Assembly: GCA_002794035.1 (NCBI GenBank)
Contig: PCXQ01000006.1
Location: 24,533-88,532, forward strand
DNA length: 64,000 nucleotides
Reading direction: 5' to 3'
DNA from: Candidatus Yanofskybacteria bacterium CG10_big_fil_rev_8_21_14_0_10_36_16
GTDB lineage: Bacteria; Patescibacteriota; Minisyncoccia; 2-02-FULL-40-12; IGHO2-01-FULL-4-A
The notes beneath the pieces were generated by a model that did not search any database, was not told the origin of the DNA, and saw only the letters and a list, made by a program, of their open reading frames with translations. Shown one piece after another: positions 55,987 to 64,000 of this stretch. Position 1 is the stretch's first letter; every line of letters starts with the position of its first letter. The translations under genes were made by a program, and so were the position numbers.

Positions 55987-57825
55987 ATGTGTGGAATAAT
56001 AGGTTATGCAGGCAATAAAAATCCCATGCCAATACTCATTGGCGGTTTAAAGCGCTTGGAATACCGCGGTTATGATTCAGCAGGCATAGCGATATTAAAT
56101 GCGAAAAAATTTTATGTCCAAAAAAGTGTGGGCAAAATTGAGCAACTCGTAAAAAAAATATCATATAGACAAAATATTGAAGGCGGTGTGGGTATTGGCC
56201 ATACAAGATGGGCAACACATGGAAAACCAACCTTAACAAATGCACATCCCCATAATTCCTGTGATAACAAAATATGGGTAGCACACAATGGCATTATCGA
56301 AAATTATAAGGATATAAAAAATCAGCTTATTGCCAAAGGCCACAAATTTAAATCAGAAACAGACACAGAAGTGATTCCACACTTAATAGAGGAGTATTCA
56401 AAAAAAGGTTTTGATTTTAAAAAATCTGTTAGACTTGCCATGTCTGACATTAAGGGAACTTATGCTTTAACAATAATCAACTCGGATGAACCGGATAAAT
56501 TAATAGCGGTAAAAAATTCCAGTCCACTTCTTATAGGAATTACAAAAAACGGCCAGTATTTTGCTGCGTCTGATGCCACAGCTTTATTGACCCATACCAG
56601 AGAAATTATTTATCTCAATGATAAAGAAATGGCCGTTTTGAATGGTACAGGGTATCAAATAGAAACTATTAGTGGCCAATCAATTAATAAAAAGATTGAA
56701 GTATTGAAAGAAAAAGAAGAGTCAATTCAAAAAAGCGGATTCCCTCATTTTATGCTTAAGGAAATTTTTGAAGAACCTGAAGCGGTAGAAAATGCAATAA
56801 ATGGACGCCTTATATACAAAGAGGGCACTGCAAAACTTGGTGGCATTGAAACTATAAAAAATGAACTAAGCAAGATTAACCACTTAACAATAACAGCATG
56901 TGGAACAGCTTATCTTGCCGGACAAATTGGCGAATATCTAGTAGAAGAATTATCCGGCGTTAGCTCAAAGGTAGAATATGCTTCTGAATTCAGATATAAA
57001 AACCCGGTTATTAAAAACAACTCTGCCATATTAGCAGTAAGCCAGTCAGGAGAAACTGCCGATACCTTAGCAGCGCTTTATGAAGCAGAAAGAAAAAACT
57101 GTTTAACCTTAGGCATAGTCAATGTCGTTGGATCTTCAATCGCCAGACAAACTCACGCTGGCATATATAATCATGCAGGACCTGAAATAGGTGTTGCATC
57201 AACCAAAGTTTTTGTTTCTCAGCTTTCTGTTTTGATTTTATTGGCTTTATTTTTAGGTCGCCAGCGGAATCTTTCCCTAACAGAAGGCAAGAAAATAATA
57301 ATGGAGCTTTCGTCTTTGCCAAAAAAAATGCGTCAGATTTTAAAGCAAGCACCTTTGATCAAAAAAATGGCACGTAAATATTCAAAATTTGACAACTTCC
57401 TTTATCTTGGCAGAAAATACAATATGCCTATTGCATATGAAGGGGCTTTGAAACTTAAAGAAATTTCATATGTACATGCTGAAGGATATGGAGCAGGCGA
57501 GATGAAACACGGACCAATTGCAATGATAAATAAAAATTTTCCTTCTGTGGCAATAGCTACCACCAACAGTGTTTATGAAAAAATGGAATCAAATATTGAA
57601 GAAATAAAGGCTAGAAACGGAAGGGTTTTGGCTATAGCAACAAAGGGCAACAAAAAAATAACAAAGTTGGCTGATGATGTTATTTATATTCCCAAAACTC
57701 TAGAACCGCTTGAGCCCATACTAACTGTTTTACCATTACATCTTTTTGCATACTACTTTGGAGTATTGCGAGGTTTTGATGTAGACAAACCCCGCAATTT
57801 AGCCAAATCAGTTACAGTAGAATGA
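55987..57825 (+). CDS. glmS: Glutamine--fructose-6-phosphate aminotransferase
   Basis: N-terminal MCGIIGY (Ntn Cys); two SIS domains; 612 aa. Confidence 0.9.
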   Translation: MCGIIGYAGNKNPMPILIGGLKRLEYRGYDSAGIAILNAKKFYVQKSVGKIEQLVKKISYRQNIEGGVGIGHTRWATHGKPTLTNAHPHNSCDNKIWVAHNGIIENYKDIKNQLIAKGHKFKSETDTEVIPHLIEEYSKKGFDFKKSVRLAMSDIKGTYALTIINSDEPDKLIAVKNSSPLLIGITKNGQYFAASDATALLTHTREIIYLNDKEMAVLNGTGYQIETISGQSINKKIEVLKEKEESIQKSGFPHFMLKEIFEEPEAVENAINGRLIYKEGTAKLGGIETIKNELSKINHLTITACGTAYLAGQIGEYLVEELSGVSSKVEYASEFRYKNPVIKNNSAILAVSQSGETADTLAALYEAERKNCLTLGIVNVVGSSIARQTHAGIYNHAGPEIGVASTKVFVSQLSVLILLALFLGRQRNLSLTEGKKIIMELSSLPKKMRQILKQAPLIKKMARKYSKFDNFLYLGRKYNMPIAYEGALKLKEISYVHAEGYGAGEMKHGPIAMINKNFPSVAIATTNSVYEKMESNIEEIKARNGRVLAIATKGNKKITKLADDVIYIPKTLEPLEPILTVLPLHLFAYYFGVLRGFDVDKPRNLAKSVTVE

Positions 57826-58511
57826 AAGCCATTATCCTAGCAGCAGGCAAAGGCACTCGAATGCAACCCCTAACAGAAAAAGTGCCCAAACCTCTCATAA
57901 AAGTTATGGGCAAACCCTTAATAAAGCACATATTAGATTCTTTGCCCCCAGCAATAGACGAACTTATTATAGTAATAGGGTATAGAGGAGATCAAATTCG
58001 TGAATTTTTAGGAAATAAACACAATGGAATTAATATAAAATATATTTTTCAAAAAAACACTTCAGGGACAGCTCACGCCCTTTTATTATGTAGACCATTT
58101 CTGGGCAAAGAAAAATTTTTGGTTCTATTTGCTGATGACATTCATGGTTCTGATGGATTAAAAAATGTCATTAAGCATGAGTTAGCACTAGTTGTAAGCA
58201 AATCAAAAAATCCTGAAAAATTCGGAGTTATTATTACAGACAATGAAAACAGAGTGATCGATTTTGAAGAAAAACCTCAAAAACCAAAGTCCAATTTGAT
58301 ATTCACAGGAATAGGAATTTTAGATCATAGGATTTTTAACTACAAAAGTTCTAAAAATATAACGCTTGGTGAATACTATCTAACAGATATGATAAATCAA
58401 TTAATACGGGATCACAAAGTTATCGCTGAACCAGCATCTCTTTGGATTCCTGTAGGATATCCCAGAGATATAAAAAGGGCAGAAAAAATATTAAAAAACA
58501 AAAATGACTAA
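57822..58511 (+). CDS. Sugar-phosphate nucleotidyltransferase
   Basis: MKAIILAAGKGTRMQPLTEKVPKPL (G-x-G-T-R nucleotidyltransferase motif). Confidence 0.75.
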   Translation: MKAIILAAGKGTRMQPLTEKVPKPLIKVMGKPLIKHILDSLPPAIDELIIVIGYRGDQIREFLGNKHNGINIKYIFQKNTSGTAHALLLCRPFLGKEKFLVLFADDIHGSDGLKNVIKHELALVVSKSKNPEKFGVIITDNENRVIDFEEKPQKPKSNLIFTGIGILDHRIFNYKSSKNITLGEYYLTDMINQLIRDHKVIAEPASLWIPVGYPRDIKRAEKILKNKND

Positions 58512-59445
58512 AAAGATTACTGTCATGGGCGGAGGAACAGGCGTTTACACTGTTTTGTCTTCTCTCAAAAATAAAAACTTAGAACTATCTGCGATAGTTT
58601 CAATGTGTGACGATGGTGGTTCAACCGGACGCCTTCGTGATGATTACGGGGTGTTGCCACCGGGGGATATACGAAGATCTTTAGTGGCCCTTTCATCAGC
58701 TGAAAACCAGCTAAGAAAATTGTTCGAGCATCGATTTGCAAATGGAGGTCTTGCGGGACACAACTTTGGCAATATTTTTTTAGCAGCACTTGAAAAAACA
58801 TCAGGCAATTTTTATAACGGCGTTAAGTTGGCTTCTCAAATTCTTTCTGTAAAAGGAAATGTCGTGCCAGTAACATTAGACGATGTCCGACTATATGCAA
58901 AGCTTGAAAATGGTAAAATAATAAAAGGAGAGACCAACATAGATATACCAAAACATAATCCCAAACTAAAAATAACCTCTATTTACACAAAACCCAGAGG
59001 AAAGGCCAACCCAGATGCTATAAAAAAAATACTAGAGGCTGATTTTATCATAATTGGTCCCGGAGATCTTTATACCAGTATTCTGCCTAATCTTTTAATT
59101 TCAGGGGTGTCGAATGCCCTAAGAAAAACAAAAGCCAAAAAAATATACATCTGTAATTTAATGACAAAAAAAGGAGAAACAAATAAGTACACTGGAAAAG
59201 ACTTTGTAGAGAATTTAGAAAATTATTTAGGTAAAAATGTTTTGGACTACGTATTGATCAACAACAAAAAACCAGGCAGAACAAGATTACAAAAATACTC
59301 AAAACAAAGGTCTGAAATTGTAATAATGCCACGAGGATTCAAACCCAAAGGATTAATAAAATCAGACTTAATAACAAATAAAGGTTTTATAAGGCATGAT
59401 ACAAAAAAATTAGGAAGATTAATTTTAAAAATAATAAATACCTAA
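58504..59445 (+). CDS. YvcK/UPF0052 (CofD-like) family protein
   Basis: ITVMGGGTGVYTVLSSLK...DDGGSTGRLRDDYGVLPPGDIRRSLVALS. Confidence 0.7.
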   Translation: MTKKITVMGGGTGVYTVLSSLKNKNLELSAIVSMCDDGGSTGRLRDDYGVLPPGDIRRSLVALSSAENQLRKLFEHRFANGGLAGHNFGNIFLAALEKTSGNFYNGVKLASQILSVKGNVVPVTLDDVRLYAKLENGKIIKGETNIDIPKHNPKLKITSIYTKPRGKANPDAIKKILEADFIIIGPGDLYTSILPNLLISGVSNALRKTKAKKIYICNLMTKKGETNKYTGKDFVENLENYLGKNVLDYVLINNKKPGRTRLQKYSKQRSEIVIMPRGFKPKGLIKSDLITNKGFIRHDTKKLGRLILKIINT

Positions 59446-59552
59446 AATTGACAAATACCCAAAATCAATTTATATTATTCAATACGTGCCCAAACATCAT
59501 ATTCATAAAAACCGTAACCACAAATCAGGCAAACACCAACTAGGCCTTAATA

Positions 59553-60203
59553 ATGAAAACGTTAAAAATAAACCTCGCAGAGGATTATTCTTCAAAAATA
59601 AATGATATTATAAAAGTTCTTAAAAAGGGCGGTGTTATAATTTACCCAACAGATACCGTCTATGGGCTAGGAGTAAATGCAATTAATGAGAAGGCGGTAG
59701 AAAAATTATTTAAAACAAAAGAACGTCACGCAACAAAACCATTGCCTATAATTGCGAAGAATATGAAGTGGGTAAAAGAGTTAGCATATGTACACCCCAA
59801 ATTAGAAGACAAACTTCCTAAAATTTGGGAGTTAGGCCCTGTCACTATAATACTACCCAAAAAGGAACTGGTGCCGGATATTGTAACCTCAAAGCAACCG
59901 AATATTGCTATAAGAATTCCTTCTTTTGATTTCACAGACAAACTATTGGGAAAATTCGGTTACCCTCTAGTTGCAACTTCCGCCAATATTTCGGGTCTTA
60001 AAGAATCAGGCAAAATTGATAGAGTAAAAAAAATGTTCTGGATGTACAGAACATGGAAACCAGATTTAATAATTGATGCAGGGGACTTGCCTGAGTTAAA
60101 ACCATCAACCATACTTGATTTAACGACTATTATGCCTAAAATACTAAGAAAGGGAGCGATAGATGAAAAAAAGATATGGGAAATATTGGGAATTAAAAAT
60201 TAA
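59553..60203 (+). CDS. tsaC: L-threonylcarbamoyladenylate synthase (YrdC/Sua5 family)
   Basis: GGVIIYPTDTVYGLGVNAINEKAVEKLFKTKERHATKPLPII. Confidence 0.8.
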   Translation: MKTLKINLAEDYSSKINDIIKVLKKGGVIIYPTDTVYGLGVNAINEKAVEKLFKTKERHATKPLPIIAKNMKWVKELAYVHPKLEDKLPKIWELGPVTIILPKKELVPDIVTSKQPNIAIRIPSFDFTDKLLGKFGYPLVATSANISGLKESGKIDRVKKMFWMYRTWKPDLIIDAGDLPELKPSTILDLTTIMPKILRKGAIDEKKIWEILGIKN

Positions 60204-60219
60204 TTTTTAAATCAAAATT

Positions 60220-61368
60220 ATGTCTATAAAACAACTAATTAAAAAAGAAGAGTCTCGACAAAAAAAAGTAATAAATCTTATTGCGTCTGAAAATTATGCA
60301 TCTAAAAATGTTTTGGAGGCTCTAGGATCCTCTTTGGTCAATAAGTACGCTGAAGGATACCCAGGTAAACGATATTATTTCGGCAATAAAATAGTTGATG
60401 AAATTGAAAGCCAAACCAAAGAATTGGCAACCAAGGTGTTCGGTCTATCTTCTCAAATGTGGAATGTTAATGTTCAACCGTATTCAGGAAGCAGTGCCAA
60501 TCTTGCCGCCTATTTAGGCTCAGTGGGGCCGGGATCTAAAATATTAGCAATGTCTTTAGAGCATGGCGGGCACTTAACTCATGGGCACCAAGTTAGTTGG
60601 ACTGGTAAATTATTTAATTTCAAACACTATGGAGTTGATAGAAACGGATTGATTGATTACGAGGAAGTTTCAAAAATAGCAAAAGATTTTAATCCTGACA
60701 TAATAGTATGCGGAGCAACGGCATATCCTAGAATACTTGATTTTGAAAAATTTGGTGAAATAGCAAAATCCGTAAATTCATTATTAATGGCAGACATCTC
60801 TCACATTGCAGGACTTATTGCGGGAGAAGTTCACCCATCTCCATTCCCACATGCTGATATTATTACCTCAACCACACAAAAAACACTTCGCGGGCCAAGA
60901 GGTGCATTTATTATTGCTAAAAAAGAACTAATGGAAAATATTGATAAATCTGTTTTCCCGGGTCTTCAAGGTGGACCGCATTTACACACCATTGCTGCCA
61001 TGGGAGTAATGTTTGAGGAAGCATTAAAACCAAGTTTTAAAAAATATGCAAAACAAATAGTAAAAAATGCTAAGACATTAGCAGACGAACTGCAAAATTT
61101 GGGCCTAAAGGTTATCACAGGCGGTACCGATAATCATTTGATGCTTGTTGATGTTACATTTCTTGGCTTAACAGGAAAACAGGCAGGGGAATTGTTGGAA
61201 AGCAAAAACATTATAGTTAATAAAAATATGATACCCTTTGACCCACGGAAACCTTGGGATCCATCAGGAATTAGATTGGGAACCTCAGCTGTCACCTCTC
61301 AGGGCATGACCGAAAAAGACATGGTTAAAATAGCTCAGAAAATTTATACTATTTTAACCAAAAAATAA
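60220..61368 (+). CDS. glyA: Serine hydroxymethyltransferase
   Basis: LIASENYASKNVLEALGSSLVNKYAEGYPGKRYY...; PLP-lysine region SSTTQKTLRGPRG. Confidence 0.85.
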   Translation: MSIKQLIKKEESRQKKVINLIASENYASKNVLEALGSSLVNKYAEGYPGKRYYFGNKIVDEIESQTKELATKVFGLSSQMWNVNVQPYSGSSANLAAYLGSVGPGSKILAMSLEHGGHLTHGHQVSWTGKLFNFKHYGVDRNGLIDYEEVSKIAKDFNPDIIVCGATAYPRILDFEKFGEIAKSVNSLLMADISHIAGLIAGEVHPSPFPHADIITSTTQKTLRGPRGAFIIAKKELMENIDKSVFPGLQGGPHLHTIAAMGVMFEEALKPSFKKYAKQIVKNAKTLADELQNLGLKVITGGTDNHLMLVDVTFLGLTGKQAGELLESKNIIVNKNMIPFDPRKPWDPSGIRLGTSAVTSQGMTEKDMVKIAQKIYTILTKK

Positions 61369-61371
61369 TTA

Positions 61372-62208
61372 ATGATATTAGTTGACGGTAAAAAAATAGC
61401 AAATAATATTCTTGATAATTTAAAATCAAAAACAAACCAAAAGCTAAAATTGGCGGCAATTTTAGTCGGCGATATAAGTAATGCTAAAAAATTCCTTGAG
61501 GTAAAACAAAAAGCAGCTGAAAGAGCTGGGATAGGTTTTGAGATTTATGAATTTAGTGAAAATATTGAACAAAACAAACTTGAAGAAGAAATTAAAAAAA
61601 TAGTTGATGATAATAATAATTCAGGAATTATTATTGAATTGCCCATACCTAGCCATTTGGAAACACAAAAAATACTCAATCTTATACCAAAGGAAAAGGA
61701 TCCTGACGTATTGTCCAACGACGCTCAGAATGAATTTTTAAAAGGCAATTATATTGTTTTGCCTCCGGCAGTCGAAACCATAAAACAAATTTTTGAAAAT
61801 TATAAAATATCACTTAAAAACAAAAAAGTGGCGATATTTGGCCACGGAATTCTTGTAGGAAAACCAACTGCATCGTGGCTGACAAAAAGCGGTGCTCAAG
61901 TACAAACAATTGATGAGTTCACGCCAAAAAAAGAAGCAGCCGAACATTCTCTTGAAGCTGATATTATAATATCGGGGGTAGGAAAGTCCGATTTAATAAA
62001 TTCAGAAATGATAAAAGATGGTGCAATACTTATTGATTTTGGTTTTAACCCTTCGACAAATAGCTCAGGGCAAGCAAAAATAGTAGGAGACGTAAGCCCT
62101 AGAGCGCTAGAAAAAGCATATCTTGCCACACCAGTGCCTGGAGGTGTTGGTCCAATTGTTGTCGCAACTGTTTTTAAAAATTTAATTACACTAAACACAA
62201 GGAGATAA
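61372..62208 (+). CDS. folD: Bifunctional methylene-THF dehydrogenase / methenyl-THF cyclohydrolase
   Basis: LAAILVGDISNAKKFLEVKQKAAERAGI...; VPGGVGPIVVATVFKN. Confidence 0.85.
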   Translation: MILVDGKKIANNILDNLKSKTNQKLKLAAILVGDISNAKKFLEVKQKAAERAGIGFEIYEFSENIEQNKLEEEIKKIVDDNNNSGIIIELPIPSHLETQKILNLIPKEKDPDVLSNDAQNEFLKGNYIVLPPAVETIKQIFENYKISLKNKKVAIFGHGILVGKPTASWLTKSGAQVQTIDEFTPKKEAAEHSLEADIIISGVGKSDLINSEMIKDGAILIDFGFNPSTNSSGQAKIVGDVSPRALEKAYLATPVPGGVGPIVVATVFKNLITLNTRR

Positions 62209-62263
62209 AATAAAGCCCTTACACTCATACTTGAATGCAAGGGCGCAACCCCACTTGGGATTT

Positions 62264-63385
62264 TTAATTAATATAGTGAAACTTATCCGGACGTTTAAGA
62301 ACAGGGGGTTTATCTTCTTCCTTTTCACCGCCATCTTTGCTTTCAGGCTCTATAACATCATCATTTTTTCTACGAAGTTTTGGTCTACTATCATCATATT
62401 CCTTGTCTTTACGCCTAAACTCCTCATTTAATGTGACAAGTCGATCTTTAACCGATCTAAACTCGGCGGTATTTAAAACATACTGGTCTTTATTTGGTAA
62501 GCACTGCATTAAATCTTGTATGGTTCCCGCACGTTTGCTATTGGGCGGGTGACTGGAAAAAACCTTAGCTAAAGTACCTTTTTTCCTTTTTTCCAAAGCA
62601 GCCAATTTTTCAAAAACATCTACCATAGAACTTGGATCATATCCGGTAGCCCATAAATATTGCAGTCCCAGCCAGTCAGCCTCTGTTTCAAAATTTCTTG
62701 AAAACTTTAGAAAGGTCATGGGAATAGCAAGACTAGCACCTTGATATATCGCATAACCTGCCCATCCGCCACCAGTCATAATCATTAAGGGTATACTTGC
62801 CAAATTAGCTATCTGACCACGAGTTGCCTGCTTAACTCCATGACGCGAAGTTACATGCGCAATTTCATGAGCCATTACACTAGCCATTTCAGATTCATTG
62901 TCTACATTCAACACTAACCCTGAATTAATAAAAAAGAAGCCTCCCGGTAAAGCAAAGGCATTAATTTCAGGACTATCAATCATTTTTATAGTAAATGGAA
63001 CCTTGGCGTCTGAATTTCTAACTAAGTTTTGCCCAACCCTATTAACATATTCAGAAATAACCGGATCATCTATAATTTTTGCATATTCTTCTACCTCTTT
63101 AGCCATTTGACTGCCTAGGGCAATTTCTTTCTCAATGGAATAAAAATTTAACCCTTGACCCACATCTCTTGCTCCAATTTCATCAAAATTAAAATATTCA
63201 CCCTTACAGCTAATACTTACTTTGTTTTTCTGAACATTATCAAGATCAGATTTTTGTGTTTCCTTGTTGCTATTTGATGGTGCAGGAGGAACATCTGTTG
63301 AACCAGCGTTGTCTTTAGCTGCACATGAACACAGAAACAAACAAATTAAAACAAAATGAGCCATGCCAGACATTTTTTTTGTCAT
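62264..63385 (-). CDS. M48-family zinc metallopeptidase lipoprotein
   Basis: Lipobox LFLCSC|AAK; HEIAHVTSRHG (HExxH). Confidence 0.75.
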   Translation of the reverse strand: MTKKMSGMAHFVLICLFLCSCAAKDNAGSTDVPPAPSNSNKETQKSDLDNVQKNKVSISCKGEYFNFDEIGARDVGQGLNFYSIEKEIALGSQMAKEVEEYAKIIDDPVISEYVNRVGQNLVRNSDAKVPFTIKMIDSPEINAFALPGGFFFINSGLVLNVDNESEMASVMAHEIAHVTSRHGVKQATRGQIANLASIPLMIMTGGGWAGYAIYQGASLAIPMTFLKFSRNFETEADWLGLQYLWATGYDPSSMVDVFEKLAALEKRKKGTLAKVFSSHPPNSKRAGTIQDLMQCLPNKDQYVLNTAEFRSVKDRLVTLNEEFRRKDKEYDDSRPKLRRKNDDVIEPESKDGGEKEEDKPPVLKRPDKFHYIN

Positions 63386-63840
63386 CTTTCTCTCCTTTCT
63401 TTCAATTTTTCAACTGCATACTTGGCGTATCTACTAGTGGGATATTGTTTTATTATCAACCAAAGAGGATCGTCTTTATCAAACCATGTTCCCATATAAT
63501 AAAGTGCTGCAGCAGCTGTCATTTCACTTGTTTGATGAGGATTATTGTAAATAAGGCCGTCTTTTTGTCTGGGTTCAACAAAAACAAAATATTTATCACG
63601 AGGATAATTTTTAATTACATTTTTTAAGTATTTTTTTGTTTTTTTCTCCCAATTTTTGTCATATAAGGAAGGCGAGTAGTAAGGACTTTGCTGGTCAAAT
63701 TTATCCTCAATACCAAGCTGTCTATGAAATCCGGCCATCATTAATTCTACCTCTGCAATAAAATTGCTTTTAGGATTATCCTTAACAAAATCATCTAGAC
63801 AGCTTATTAAGCTTTTCAATGTACCCATTTGATCAACCAA
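63382..63840 (-). CDS. Hypothetical protein (may extend beyond the annotated start towards the window end)
   Basis: ORF only; overlaps the M48 gene by 4 nt. Confidence 0.35.
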   Translation of the reverse strand: MVDQMGTLKSLISCLDDFVKDNPKSNFIAEVELMMAGFHRQLGIEDKFDQQSPYYSPSLYDKNWEKKTKKYLKNVIKNYPRDKYFVFVEPRQKDGLIYNNPHQTSEMTAAAALYYMGTWFDKDDPLWLIIKQYPTSRYAKYAVEKLKERRER

Positions 63841-64000
63841 GGTTAAAGATTTCTCGCGAGGAATAAATGGCCTTAGATAATATTGAACACAAAAATATAC
63901 TTCAAAAAATTCTTTTTTTTGGTCATAATTTAAATATTCAGTTTTAGAACTGGGGTCTCCCTTATTTAAATATTGTCCAAAAGATATTTGGCCAAAACAA

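Overview
This 64 kb window is low-GC and gene-dense, almost entirely on the + strand, and uses the standard genetic code (TAA, TAG and TGA all terminate full-length proteins). Its character (many type IV pilus genes, small membrane proteins, reduced housekeeping set) resembles small-genome Patescibacteria/CPR-like bacteria, but that is inference only. Housekeeping genes recognisable by motif include gyrB, ligA, pheS, metG, leuS, gatCA, glmS, glyA, folD, guaB-like IMPDH, secE-nusG-rplK, rsmI, tatD, tsaC, an ECF sigma factor, M16 and M48 peptidases, and three tRNAs (two with CAU anticodon, one Asp-GUC). The accessory content is dominated by two separate type IV pilus (T4P) gene sets. Locus 1 (about 1-10.3 kb) has a histidine kinase, a CheY-like regulator, a PilB/GspE-type ATPase whose N-terminal domain is replaced by a response-regulator receiver (REC) domain, a short PilC, an 897-aa pilin-leader-bearing putative adhesin, a minor pilin, a PilX-N-like protein and a major pilin with a strong terminator. 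Locus 2 (about 30.6-41.8 kb) is inserted directly after secE-nusG-rplK and has PilN, PilO, canonical PilB, PilT, PilC, a pilin, prepilin peptidase PilD, three minor pilins and a PilX-N/LamG-lectin protein. The REC-PilB fusion embedded in a two-component cassette is the best candidate in this window for an undescribed regulatory arrangement. Other noteworthy observations: a family of 'SRAG|FT' long-leader prepilins, each preceded by a degenerate pilin 5-prime remnant, with one remnant forming an ATGA-coupled uORF; a 268-bp element with 26-bp terminal inverted repeats splitting an MGMT-like gene; a NUDIX domain inserted into LeuS; a conserved, structure-preserving ~95-nt leader element in three copies upstream of secE, rplK and pilT; tRNA 3-prime-end duplications; several intergenic palindromic repeat families; and heptamer tandem repeats in promoter regions. 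No CRISPR array and no rRNA were found.
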